From NCBI GenBank assembly GCA_950097015.1, contig CATNEN010000003.1, positions 744,001-808,000 on the forward strand: a stretch of 64,000 nucleotides of DNA. The letters run 5' to 3'. The notes under the pieces were generated by a model. The model had not been told where the DNA came from and searched no databases. It worked only from the letters and a program-made list of their open reading frames with translations. How positions within the stretch are numbered: position 1 is the stretch's first letter; every line of letters starts with the position of its first letter. The stretch comes from Macrostomum hystrix (Eukaryota > Animalia > Platyhelminthes). Below are positions 1-12,000 of this stretch, piece by piece. The translations under genes were made by a program, and so were the position numbers.

Positions 1-3000
1 CAGCCGGAGTTGCACGTGCAATTGTAGCTGCCGATTGTGTTGCGACAAGTAGCCTGTGGCGAGCACGGCCCGGTCTTGGTGGCAGCTCCGATGGCGCACT
101 CGTCATCGTCTATAGTTTGAGTTGGTGCAGAGCAATAAACGCTTTTTAGCTACTTACTCCTTTATTTTCAAGGACTTTCGCTTGTCAGAGAAATCTGATA
201 AGATAAAATAGTCTCCTACCGTCGCAAACAACTCCGTTTCCATGGAAGCCCTTCTTGCAGTGACAGTCGTACAAATCTTTCTCAAAGCCACAGAAACCGT
301 ACTGGTGACAGCGGTAGGGTGAACAAGTGAGCGAAGTAGATCCCGGCGCTGTACAGTTGCAACGCTCTGTGCAGTTTGGCTTAATCAACATATCGCCAAT
401 CTGAGTGTGAAGGTGAGCGTGGGTCAAATGATTTCGATTTAGATACAGAGATAGTTAGATACAGATTCCACTATTTAAAAAACGCACATTGTAATACAAT
501 CCGTCGAGTTGACAACCGCATCTAGAAGGCAGTACACAGCGGCCGCTGGTCATGACGTAGCCGGCATTGCAGACGCAGGCCTCTGTACATCTGCCGGCGC
601 AGTCGCCTCTGGCCATTAGGGCGGTGACGTTCGGTTGGACGCAGGTAGGCTGGCATGGCGCTGCGCAAGTATCGTAGTGCTGATTCTCGCCGCAAGTCAT
701 GGCTGGATTCGGGTACGAGGGAGTCATTGATGCGCTGTCCAATGATTTCAGCTTTTTTATCATCTTAACTATAACTCTAGGTGCTTAAAAGGAATCTTTA
801 GAAGCGTTCCATTTAACTATTCGTGAGTGTTATGTAGCTTCAGATATTAATCGATCGATATCTTTAATACTTTAAGTACTTTAAAAGCATCAGATTGAAT
901 TATAATGACATTTTCCTCAGTGTTCTAGGTCATCTTTCTGACAACCTACAGGGTGTCGGACAGACGACTTGAAGGTCGGGGGTTCGATTCTTGTCTCCAG
1001 AATTTGTATCCTTTGGTAAGAAAATTAACTCTGCATTATTTCAGTTCACTCAGCTGTTAAATACGAGTAGGTCCAGCGTTAGCTAAGGGTAACTGATGGT
1101 TAGTGTGGCGTTTCCCCAGTCCATGGACTGAACAGCCGTACAGCTGCGGCTGTGCTGTCGGCTGCACATCTGGCCCGATTGGGGCAGGTGTTGTCAAATC
1201 AATATAAGCTATAGCGAAAGCTCTTCTAAAATCTCTTCTAAAAATTGTATTTGCCGTTTTCTTAGCTAAATCCAGTCTAAAAAATGTCTCGACGACTCAC
1301 GACAGAAATCGGTCCTTCGCCACTGGGTACTGCTGTTGTAGCGCGACTGGCAGACAGCGGCAATTGTCGTGGCAGTCTGGCAGATGTTCACACCGCCTAG
1401 GCAGGTGTCAAACACGCAGCTGTCAATGTAGGTGTCGAAGCTGTCCTTAACGGCAGCCATTGAGGCGGCGCAGCCAGAGAAGATCTCGCGCAGCTTGGCG
1501 CAGGTGGTCTTGGCTCGCTCTTTAGCATCGCCAACGCACACCGGGTCTGGCGTCTCGCTGCAGCCGGGCTGGCACTCGTCGCCGTCCATAGCGCCGGTGT
1601 CGGTGCGCCAGGAGTCGCCAAACAGTCGCGCATTGTCTGTCGCATTGCCGCTAGGCTTGCAGAAAGGTCCCAGAATCCAATCGTTGTCGGCGCTGTTATC
1701 AAAATCGCCGCACAGGCCGCACATCTGCCGCTTGAATGGCGCTTCAACTTTCACTTCGATGCGATCGTCACCATTCCATTTGACGTAGAGGCCGAATCGG
1801 GTTGTCAGGAGCTTAAATTGAAGTTTTGATTGATGCAGGTGAGACCACTTTCAGACAACTAGCACGCGAAGCTACTTTGGTCGTCACCACACCAGTCTAA
1901 GTAAAGGCGACACTCACCACGTTGCCCTCAAAGAAGCGAATAGTGAATCCGATGGGTCTGCCAGCATTGTCCAACGGTTCAGCGGGTAGGTTCACAAGCT
2001 GGCCATCGAGGACGACTCGCATGCCCTGGCGCAAGATAACTGTCTGCAAAAATTGTGATGTCAAAGATCTGATAGTTAATGGCACAAAGCGGTATTAAAA
2101 AATCGTAAAAAGTCGTACCTTTCCAAGCACCCGAACCAGAATCTCCTTAGTCCAGGTGACCACTGAGGTTGGCCGATCTTTGCGCCAGTTCTTCTGCACC
2201 ACCTCGAAGCTGGCCGGACCAGTTGGCTTGCCGTTGGTGCAGCCGTCTCTGGCCAGAGTGTAGCTGCAGGCTCCCTGGAAGTGGAGCATTCGTTCGTCGA
2301 AGCTGCGGCAGTGGGGCTCGCCCCAGCACATGCAGGTGCCAACTTCGCGACAATCGCCGGATCGTCCGGAGCCTTCGTAGTTGGGCAGGCAGACACAGAT
2401 AAAAGAGCCTTCGGTGTTGATGCATCTGGCGTTAGTGTCGCAGTTGTGAGTGCCTGTTGCGCACTCGTCGATGTCGACGCATTGCGTTGGAGAGGAATGG
2501 CGATATCCGGGCTGGCAGTCACAACGGAAGCTTCCCGGCAGATTCACACAGGCGGTGTTGGCGCCACATTTGCCCAGAGCGCATTCGTCATCGTCGAAGC
2601 ACTGCCGACCGTTGGCAACAACGCCGGGAACGCCGAGACCACGCCAGCCGGCTTGACAGGTGCAGGTGATAGAAGCCGCTTCGGCTTCAGCACAATCGGC
2701 GTGTGGATCGCAGTCGTGCAGACCGAGGGCGCACTCGTCCAAGTTAATTCTTCGCTTGCCGCAGAACAGGTCTGATAGCTGCCAGTCGGCTCGACCAGAG
2801 GTGTCAGCTCCGGCGGTGTCGATGCCAATGATTGGGACGCTGCCGCTGCCGTCGCTGCCATCCTGCATGAGGACGCCCGAGTCGTAGCGCGTTACGTTGT
2901 CGGCGATGTCGCAGTTGCAGACACGCGAGTCGATTTGAGCGCTGAATTAAAGAGTTTCATTTGTGAAAAGTGAATTCGACGCAAAAATTCTTACATTCTT

Positions 3001-6000
3001 GTTAATGCTTTTGCGCACTTACCGACTGGCACCTTGGCAGCTGACGCGGTCACCACAGGCACATTGTGCCTCGCCTGACACGAACTTTCTCGACCGCTGA
3101 CCTGTGGCGCTGATCAGGGCGAAACCGGGATTAGACATGATCCTGTAGCCGCTGCAAGTCACCTTCACAGCCTGGGTACAGGTGGTCAGCGAGCGCACTA
3201 GATCAGCTAGCTGCTGCGGCGTAGCCGTCTTGTATGTGACAGAAGTGTAGCCTGTGGCGTTGCGCGTGACCTTGTCAACTACCACGCGAGTGGACCAGTC
3301 CCATTGGCCGGGCACGCAAAGAACTAGGAAGGGCTCGGCGCCAGGCTGGATCCACTGCTCGAAGCTGGTTCTGCGGCCCATTTGGCTTACCTCCGAGCAG
3401 TGTTTTGGCAGGCCGCAGAAATTTGGCGCGCAGCGCAACGTTTCAGCGTAAACCTTTATCGTTGCAAAAAGAAGACAAGTGATAAAATTTTTGTTGGATT
3501 GCCTATTACTTTTTTATTTTGCGTTGTTTGTTGTCTCGCGAAATGTGTAGTTTAATACCTATGAAACCAAGAAAAAGATTGCACACCTGGAGACTGGCTC
3601 CGGGTGACAGGGATGGCAGAGACACTCCGGTGATTGGCAGTACGGCCTTGTTAATCACATAAGTTCCCTCTAGTATCCTGGAAGACTGACTCGCCACTGT
3701 CTCGTCCGAGTGGCACAGGCTGTCATTGGCGCAGGTGCCGAGGACGCGACAGGCGCATCCGGTAGCCATGGCGACGTCAGAACCAGAGAAATAAACAACC
3801 CGAGCGCCAGACCGGTCAGAGATGCGAGCCCCAGCTCCTAGAAGGCCGGAGCGCTGAGAATAGGCGTGGATCAGCTGCCAGCACTGGCTGGATCGGTCCG
3901 CCAAGGCGGCCGCCTGTCTAGCATCTGGCGAGACGTAGTTGAAGGTGACGGACGCTGCCGATCCGGCGCTGGCATCGACTGAATAGCTCTGCGAGCCGTA
4001 GAAGTCGCCGAAGTAGAACCGGCTGATGCCCATGTACACCTGTGTAGCATTGATTGGGCTCATATTTTTCATGTCAGCTAATGCCCCTCATAGTAATGAC
4101 TGCAGCACATTTCATGATTGACAAGGTTTGTTTAGACTAATTTTATCAAACATTTAAAGTTAGCGAAATTTTCATATAACTAATCGCAAATTTTGTTTTA
4201 TTACGGTCTCGTATAATACAACTTTCTGAGTTTTCTCGTGAAATCTTTCGGAGTGTTCTAGAGACGTCTTCTGGAGTGTTCTTGTGACGTCGAACAGGAT
4301 ACTTTAGTGACATCTTCCGGGTGTTTTAGTGACGTCTTCTGGAGTGTTCTTGTGACGTCGAACGGGATACTTTTGTGACATCTTCCGGGTGTTTTAGTGA
4401 CGTCTTCTGGAGTGTTCTTGTGACGTCGAACGGGATACTTTTGTGACATCTTCCGGGTGTTTTAGTGACGTCTTCTGGAGTGTTCTTGTGACGCCTACCA
4501 AAGAGATCTTAAGGAGTTCTCTACTGACATTTTCCGGGTGCTCTGGTGACATCCTTTGGAGCATTTTAGTGGCGCTAATCGGAGTGTTTAAGTGATGTAT
4601 TTTGGAGTATTCTAGTGACGTCTTCCAGAGTGTTTTAGCATTTAAAATAGTGTTCTGGTGACTTCTTTCGGGTGTTTTCGTAACATGTTTACCATTCTAC
4701 GAGTAATTAGAACTTTTCGAGTCACCCAACATCTTTGAGGGTGTTCAAAAGTAACTGGCTCTTCATGATCTCAAACACACAAGGTCAATCATTATTTGAC
4801 GCGTCGAATCTTACCTGTCGATTCTGTCGGTCCGGACACTTGGCAATGTCGCAGGCTACAGAGAACGGTTCCAACGGCCCGGCCTGATCCGGATCGACTG
4901 CTAACTCGCCGCGTCCATTAGGATATGGCGGAGTGCCGCGGGCCAAATAGTAGGAGTTGCAGTCCGGGTAGACTTTGTAGCAGCGCAGCTCGTGGACGCA
5001 GATCTTGCGTTCGCTATCGGCTGCGGCTAAATTTAGCGGGGAAGGATAAGAATTCGCAGAAAATATTATTACTAAGCTGCTGGTAATTCATTATTAGTTG
5101 ATGTAATGATTACAACTTACATTAGCATAAGTTTTAAGTACTACAAGTTTAAGTTTTTATTAAATAATCTGAATCCTAGCAAATGGTAGCAGAGTTGTAG
5201 CTACTTGGTACTAAAGTAGCTTATTATAACTAATAATTGAAATTGTTCATTTTAAAACATATTTAGATTGTTTTTCCCAAGACGACTCACAAACTGGGTC
5301 CAATCGGACGCTTGACAGCGGCAACACCGACTTGTCCGTGAACAATCCGTCGTCGTCTTTCCAGTCGGCCGAGCCGTCGCACTTGCAGGCGCCTCCTTTG
5401 CAGCCGGAGCCGCCAGCGTTGTCGCCCCAGTAGGCCAGGTGGCCTCCGCCCTTGTCGTTGGCGCCCTGGCTGCTGGTAACGCTGAAGGCGGCGGAGCGGC
5501 ATTTGAACTCCACTCGTTGGGTGCAGTAAGTCGACGACTGAATGAGCGCGTCCAGTTGATGCCGCGGGAAGCCGTGATAGCTGACGTTGAACAGACCGCC
5601 AGCCTTGCCGAAAGTGCCGCAGGTTTTGTGGCCAACAATCGTGACCCCGATGGGCGGTGTGCTGCTCTGATCGCAGGTGGCTAACGCTGGCGGCTTGTCC
5701 GTGCCGCCGTACGGGTTGATGATCCACGGCTCAATGCTGCGCGGCTGCGAGCTCGGAGGAGCGTACAGGTAATTACCGTCGCGAATGTCCTGACAGTCCT
5801 TGGGAATTCCTGGAGAAATTAAGATTTTAATTATTATATGATTATAAATAGGTGCCATTACTGGCTACTTAATACGCTCCTAGAATAACGACTAACAGAG
5901 AGGCTGTGGGCACTGACGCATTACTTGGCGACAATAGACCCCAGCCATTCTGCCCATTACGCTGACTCCTGAGCACACACTCACACAGGGTATGTTAATC

Positions 6001-9000
6001 TGCACCGACTTTTTAATTTTTCATACAGCATAATTTTTACTGTGTCTAAGGGGTTGGGCCCTCAACTGGTGTAGATTGACCAGCCCCCAAGTCGTTTCAC
6101 TGCGGCTACGGCCTAAGAATGTCAACTCGCCGCGGATTCAAAGCTCAGCGTCCAATTGGTGCGAGAATCGCAAACGTTAATAAGGTTTAGCCTCCCACAA
6201 GAAGCCACTGCTTATAAGTAGGCAATCATTCCGCTCGGCTTTTATTTTATTGAGAACTTACTCAAATCGGTTGAGTCCATGCACCGAATGCTGTCCAAAC
6301 AGATCTGTGTCTCAGCTGTCTCATTGGTGCCTAGCTTTGTACACAATTGCGTCATCGGGATCAGGTCGCCGGTGCCACGGAAGTTCACAAACCAGCCACG
6401 ATCTTCACTCCAGTCGCTGGAAGCTCGATCTGTGTTGCAGGCGTCGCCTTCGCGCTGACAGACTCCGGCGATGCCGCACGCACAGCCGGGACGTCCCTGA
6501 AGTGGGAATTCATCAGTCTTCGTCATTCTCGAAATTACTAATGTAGAAATAGAGGAAATAGTTCCGAGAAAATGACAGATGACTCACCTGCGTACCAGCC
6601 CACTGGCTGAACTGTCCACCATACAGACTGGTCCATCGCACATTGCCAGAGAACGGTGTCATCTTTGACATATACCTGGCGTACTGGATGCAGTAGGAAG
6701 ACTGCCTGGCCAGGAAGCTCACCTGCTCATTGTTGATTGGCACGCCGGCGCTGTAGTATTGAATGTTGTAGCAGCGCTCGCGTGACACCGGGTCAACATC
6801 CTTCTGTGTGGTGCGAACGCAGCCTCCAACTGAAAGGATAACACTGAAGGACTGAAAGAAGAACACTAAAGGACTGAAAGAAGAACACTCAAGGACTGAA
6901 AGAAGAACACTGAAGGACTGAAAGAAGAACACTGAAGGACTGAAAGAAGAACACTGAAGGACTGAAAGAAGAACGCTGAAGGACTGAAAGAAGAACACTG
7001 AAGGACTGAAAGAAGAACGCTGAAGGACCGAAAGAAGAACACTGAAGGACTGAAAGAAGAACGCTGAAGGACTGAAAGAAGAACGCTGAAGGACCGAAAG
7101 AAGAACGCTGAAGGACCGAAAGAAGAACGCTGAAGGACCAAAAGAAAAACAACAAAAACGGCAACATTAACTCTGAATAACAGGAAGAACTGAAAGACGA
7201 AACGACGAACACAAAAGACCAGAAGATCTACGTAAGAACGACCTGAAGAAATAGGTTTTATTTGTATCCCTTCTTGTATCCTTACTATAAAATGAGTAAT
7301 GAACCATGTTCAAACAAGAGAACATTTAGAAGAACTAATACGAGCGTGCGTAACCAAGTGCATGATGAAGTACTAGAATACAATAGCCGCAAAATGGAAA
7401 GTCCTAATTAAGCTCACCAATCTGGATTTCCGTCTCTCCGCCAGGATTGCACCGACCAGGTATGGGATTGAAGCCGCCTTTGTATTGATTAGGCAGCAGG
7501 TAGAGATCGCCTAGCCTCTGATAGACGCAGGTCTCTTCGATGTCAACATTGAAGCCAGTGCGATAGCGACTCACGCACGACTCGGAAACGTCTGGTTTAG
7601 TGGTAATTCGAAAAAGAATGCAATACGTCATTGCAATGCAAGAACTTGCCGTAAAATGGCAAACGTGGTTATAAATTAGGCAAGCATGCGGAGTTTTCTA
7701 GTGACGTCTTCTCGAGTGTACTAGTGACGTCTTCTGCAGTGTTCAAGTGATGTCTTCCTAAGTGTTCCAGTGACAACTTCCTCTGTGTTTCTAGCGACGT
7801 CTCCCGGAGTGTCACTGGCTGAAGAGGTCCTTGATGTAATCTAGTAATCTAGATATCACGCTACCTTGAGTGACCCGTTCCAGTCCAGGAACTGAACCTT
7901 CGGATGCGCCTTTGACAGTATATCCTGTTTTACTGCACGAAAAGTGAAAAATAATTTTGATATGACACCACTACTCACCGTAGCAAATCATGTCGCCAAA
8001 CTCTACATAGTTCTCCTTGCCAGATACAAACATCGACTCCACTGGCAGGGCATCCTTATCGTCGAGTTGAATATCTTCGCTTGTGGCAACATCGCCAGCA
8101 GCGTCGCAGGCGCACTTTAGTCCGGCCGAGCCACAGGCAGAAGCGCCGCCTCGAGCGGCACATCCGCAACCGACGCCGCCGTCTGGAGCAGTCTGGAAGC
8201 CTCGGCCAAAGTCGTAACGATTCGCCCCGGAACGCAGCGATTTCCAGTAGGCGTGCTTTGTAGCCTCGCCGCTGCCCAGTAGAAGGGGCGACTGGCGACA
8301 ACGATAAGTGATGGCTTGGCTGCAGTATGTAGACCGGGAAGCAATGGCAGCGATCTGCTCCTTGGTGTGGAAGTAGCGAGCCTTGGTCTCGCAGAGCGCT
8401 GACGTATTGCTACAGGCCGAACTGCCGGCCGCCAGGTTTGGTATGATTGTGACGCCAGTGTCGAATTCTTTCATGCTGCAGTAGGCTGGGAATGGCTGAA
8501 TAGCTGAAAATGGTGATGGTTATTATGGAGTGTAAAAGAGTTTTATCAGGGTTCGTGGGTGCGCGGAGGGGTCAGAACTCGATTGTACAGCCCAGAGTGG
8601 ACAGGTCTTATCGTGGGGTGGCGGGTGCAGAGTTAAGATGCGATTAATTCAATTGAAACGAAAAGCGATAGCGTTAGTAAAGGTGTGTGCTTCTCCTCAA
8701 AGAAAGTCTTCACTCACCAGCTCCCTTAAGATCCGGATCGATCGGATAGACATAGTTGTCCGTGTAACTCTTCATTATGAAGGTAGTGTCGTCATCCTCC
8801 CTAAACCTAGTCCTGTACATCTGGCAGTTGCCCATGATGCCGAACTGACGCGCCGAGCAGGCGAAGTAGCCGACGCTCACGTTAGCAGCAGACGCGGGTC
8901 CGATGTTCTCAGCGTTGATGCCCGTGATTGGTAGGTGGTCTTTGTTCAACACCCAGCCGAAATCGTAGGTCCAACCTGAGCCAGTGTTGTCGCAGTTGCA

Positions 9001-12000
9001 CGACCGGCCGTTGGCGCATTTGTTAAGCGCCGAGCAGGGGCAAGTCTTGTCTCCGGGCGAGCCGAAGCCCATATTAGGCACCGGGCGCTTGCCAGCTGTG
9101 TAGAAATGAGAGGCCTCGTTTCCGGCGGAGACCAGAGGCGAGTTGCTGCAGTCGTAGCGGATCTAAAAAAAGAGAGAAAAGCGGCGGCTAGTCTCTGAAA
9201 CTAGAGTCCACAACTTGACTAGCTTTTATCCATATGGTTTTGTGGTCTATACACGAGCGTAAATATAGTCTTTGACTTGATCAAGGATTCGAACCGCTGT
9301 TGAGCTTTCATTTAACATTGAATGATATATGAATGAATATGAAACTGCTGTTTTTATAACTCTTACGAAGTCTAAACAAAGGAATTGAACCACTTAAAAT
9401 ATTAATAAAAACTGCAGGAGGGATGTGGGGCAATGACACATCATTTGGTGACATTAGACCTGCAGCATGTGAGGAGGCACACACGCACACAGGTACCGTA
9501 CGCAGACATACGCTCACACAAGTGTGTACATCTGTCCTGGCTTTCGGATTGTCAAGCAGTGTACACTTTCACGGTACCTTGGAGGTTGGCCCCTTAACGG
9601 TGAAAAAATTCATGACGAGCCCCCCATGCCTTCTTTTCGCGGCTGCGCCCCAAATGAATGTGGCCTCGCCGCGGAATCGAGCTGCTCAGGAACCTTGGTG
9701 CGAGAGACAAACATGTTAACCGCTCTGTCACTCATCCCTGACTTGAACCCATTTTCGTCTAGCCTTTCCCACTGCTCTAAATTAGGATTCGAGCCCCTGT
9801 CTATCAAAACTACCTATGAAACAGTCACTAAGTTCGACTAAAGCATCACCTCCTGACTGCAGAAGGACAGCAAAGTTTTCAGCAGTTGAAGTTGACCCAG
9901 CGGTGCACAGTAGGTGATCGGATTGTCGCCCTTGGTGATACTCTTGCTCAGTCCGTAGGAGCATTTCTGGCCAAAGTTGTCGTGACTGACCACAGTGGTG
10001 GAGCCGATGAACGCATTGTTACAGAAGGGGTTGAAGCACAGAGCGGGGAATGGCGACAGTTCGCCTCGCTGATCTGGATCGATGAGGTGGACGTTCGACG
10101 ATGACCTATCTGGATGATCGTCGCAAGTGGCCGGAATGTCAAACTGGACGCCCGAACAGCGGAGCTCGCCGACGACGTGCTCGCCGGCGCCTCGACTGGC
10201 CCGGCCACGGAAGCCGCGCAACGGAAGCAGGTCGCGATTTGTGACGTAGCCGTAGTCGCTGGCCGACCCGCGCGACGTGTCGCCGTTGCAATTGCAGCTC
10301 GCCGATTTTTGACGACAGAGGCCGACGGTGCCGCAGAGGCACTGAAACGAAATGATAGATTAGTGGATTTCTAAATGGTGGATTGGTAGAATGATAGATT
10401 GGTAGATTGGTAGATTGGTAGATTGGTAGATTGGTAGATTGGTAGAATTGAAGAATCGTTAAATGGTATAATGATAGTATGATGCAGTACTTGAATGGTA
10501 AAACGTTAAAATCGTGAAAAAGTATAACGATGGAATAGTAGAATGCTAGAATTATAGGATGGTAAAATGATAAAATGGTAGAAAATGGTAGAATGTAAGA
10601 AGTTTAGAATGTTAGAGTGTAGTAGAATATTTATCGCACCTTTCCTTCCGTGCCTGAGCCCCAGTCCTGTCGAGTCTTCATGCTTCTATCATAGTACAGC
10701 ATATCTTCCATCGGGTTAGCGCCGTAAAAACAATTATAGCTGAAAAAATAGTCGGACAAGAAAAGTTGCGTCGAACGGTCGCTATTTTTTTTAAGGGAAA
10801 TCTTGGCGCACTAACCGAATGGTCTGAATGCAGAAAGCCGAGTTGACAACCACAGCGGTCATCTCGTCAACGAGGGTGGTGTAGATAATCTTCTCTCGCC
10901 AGGTGCTTCCAGAGTAGCGGAATTTCTCGTTGGCCTCGGGAGGGAACACGGTGATGCCGTAGTCCGCGTACATCTCGCACGTGACTTCCAGAGAGTCCAA
11001 CGGTCCCGTGCCGTCCGGGTCGATGGTCTGCTTGGATCGTTTGGGAAACGACTCGGAAATTTTCCTCAGGCGCAACTCGTGACAATTGCGCGGCAGCTGG
11101 ACACAGGTTCGACCGTCGCCGGCGAAGCCGTTCTTGCAGGTGCAGTCGAAACTGCCGGGATTGTTGGTACAGGTGGCATTGGGACTGCAGTCGTTGGTGC
11201 CAAGAAGGCATTCATCGATGTCCACGCAGGTGCGCACCCCGTCGCCCTGGTAGCCGCGATTGCAGGTGCACAGATTGCCAACGCATGCGGCCAATCGGAG
11301 ACAGTCAGAGTTGGAGACGCAGTAGCGAATGTCTACAATATAATTATGCCAACTACTCTACTGACTTAAGTAGAAATGCGCGCATTTTTAGCCAAATTTA
11401 AACTTGGTGGGCAATAGTCAATTAGATTATCAATTTAAACAATATGACACCATCTGACTCCAGCTTACCCTGACAACGACCCTCAGCATTGAGCTGATAT
11501 CCAGCGTTACAGTCGCACCTGTAGCTGCCAATCAGATTAGTGCAGGTGGAATACGCCTGACATGCGCCGTCGATTTTGCATTCATCAATGTCTGCGTCGG
11601 GCAAAAATGTGACAGGTTGAAGGCGAGATTGACAGGTTAATTAGCACATGAAAGCTTCAAGCAATAAAAAGATTAAGCAACACTAGTAACTAGTAAACTC
11701 TTCTAACAGAAGAATAACCGATTAACCGATTAATCGAATAACCGATTTTCAAGAAAGTCGGAAATATGGAAATATGGAAAAAATGGTGGGTATTTGAACT
11801 ACCCCCGTAAGTTTTTCCACTGTTAAACCCAATCAAAGCTGATGATTTTTTCAACTCACCAACGCACGACCTCTTGCCGTCGCCATAGAAACCCTTCCGG
11901 CAGCGGCACTGGCCAAGAAAGCACTCGCCATTGGCGGCACAGTCCGAGTGCTTCAGGCACGGCGTGTTCTCTGAAGGCAATTTTGGGTTTCATATATGCT

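Larger units (their letters stand above)
2760..11100 (-). other. Seven tandem Caspr/Neurexin-IV-type fibrinogen-like (COLFI-related) domains
   Basis: The pattern C..IDPDxxGPLxPFxxxC..S.xC.Q..Y.C..W..C.C..CNCD..D.G..K..LP..L.C recurs 7 times, starting at LPRNC, IPATC, MGNC, VSESC, IPKDC, YPDC and LPKHC. Confidence 0.75.
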
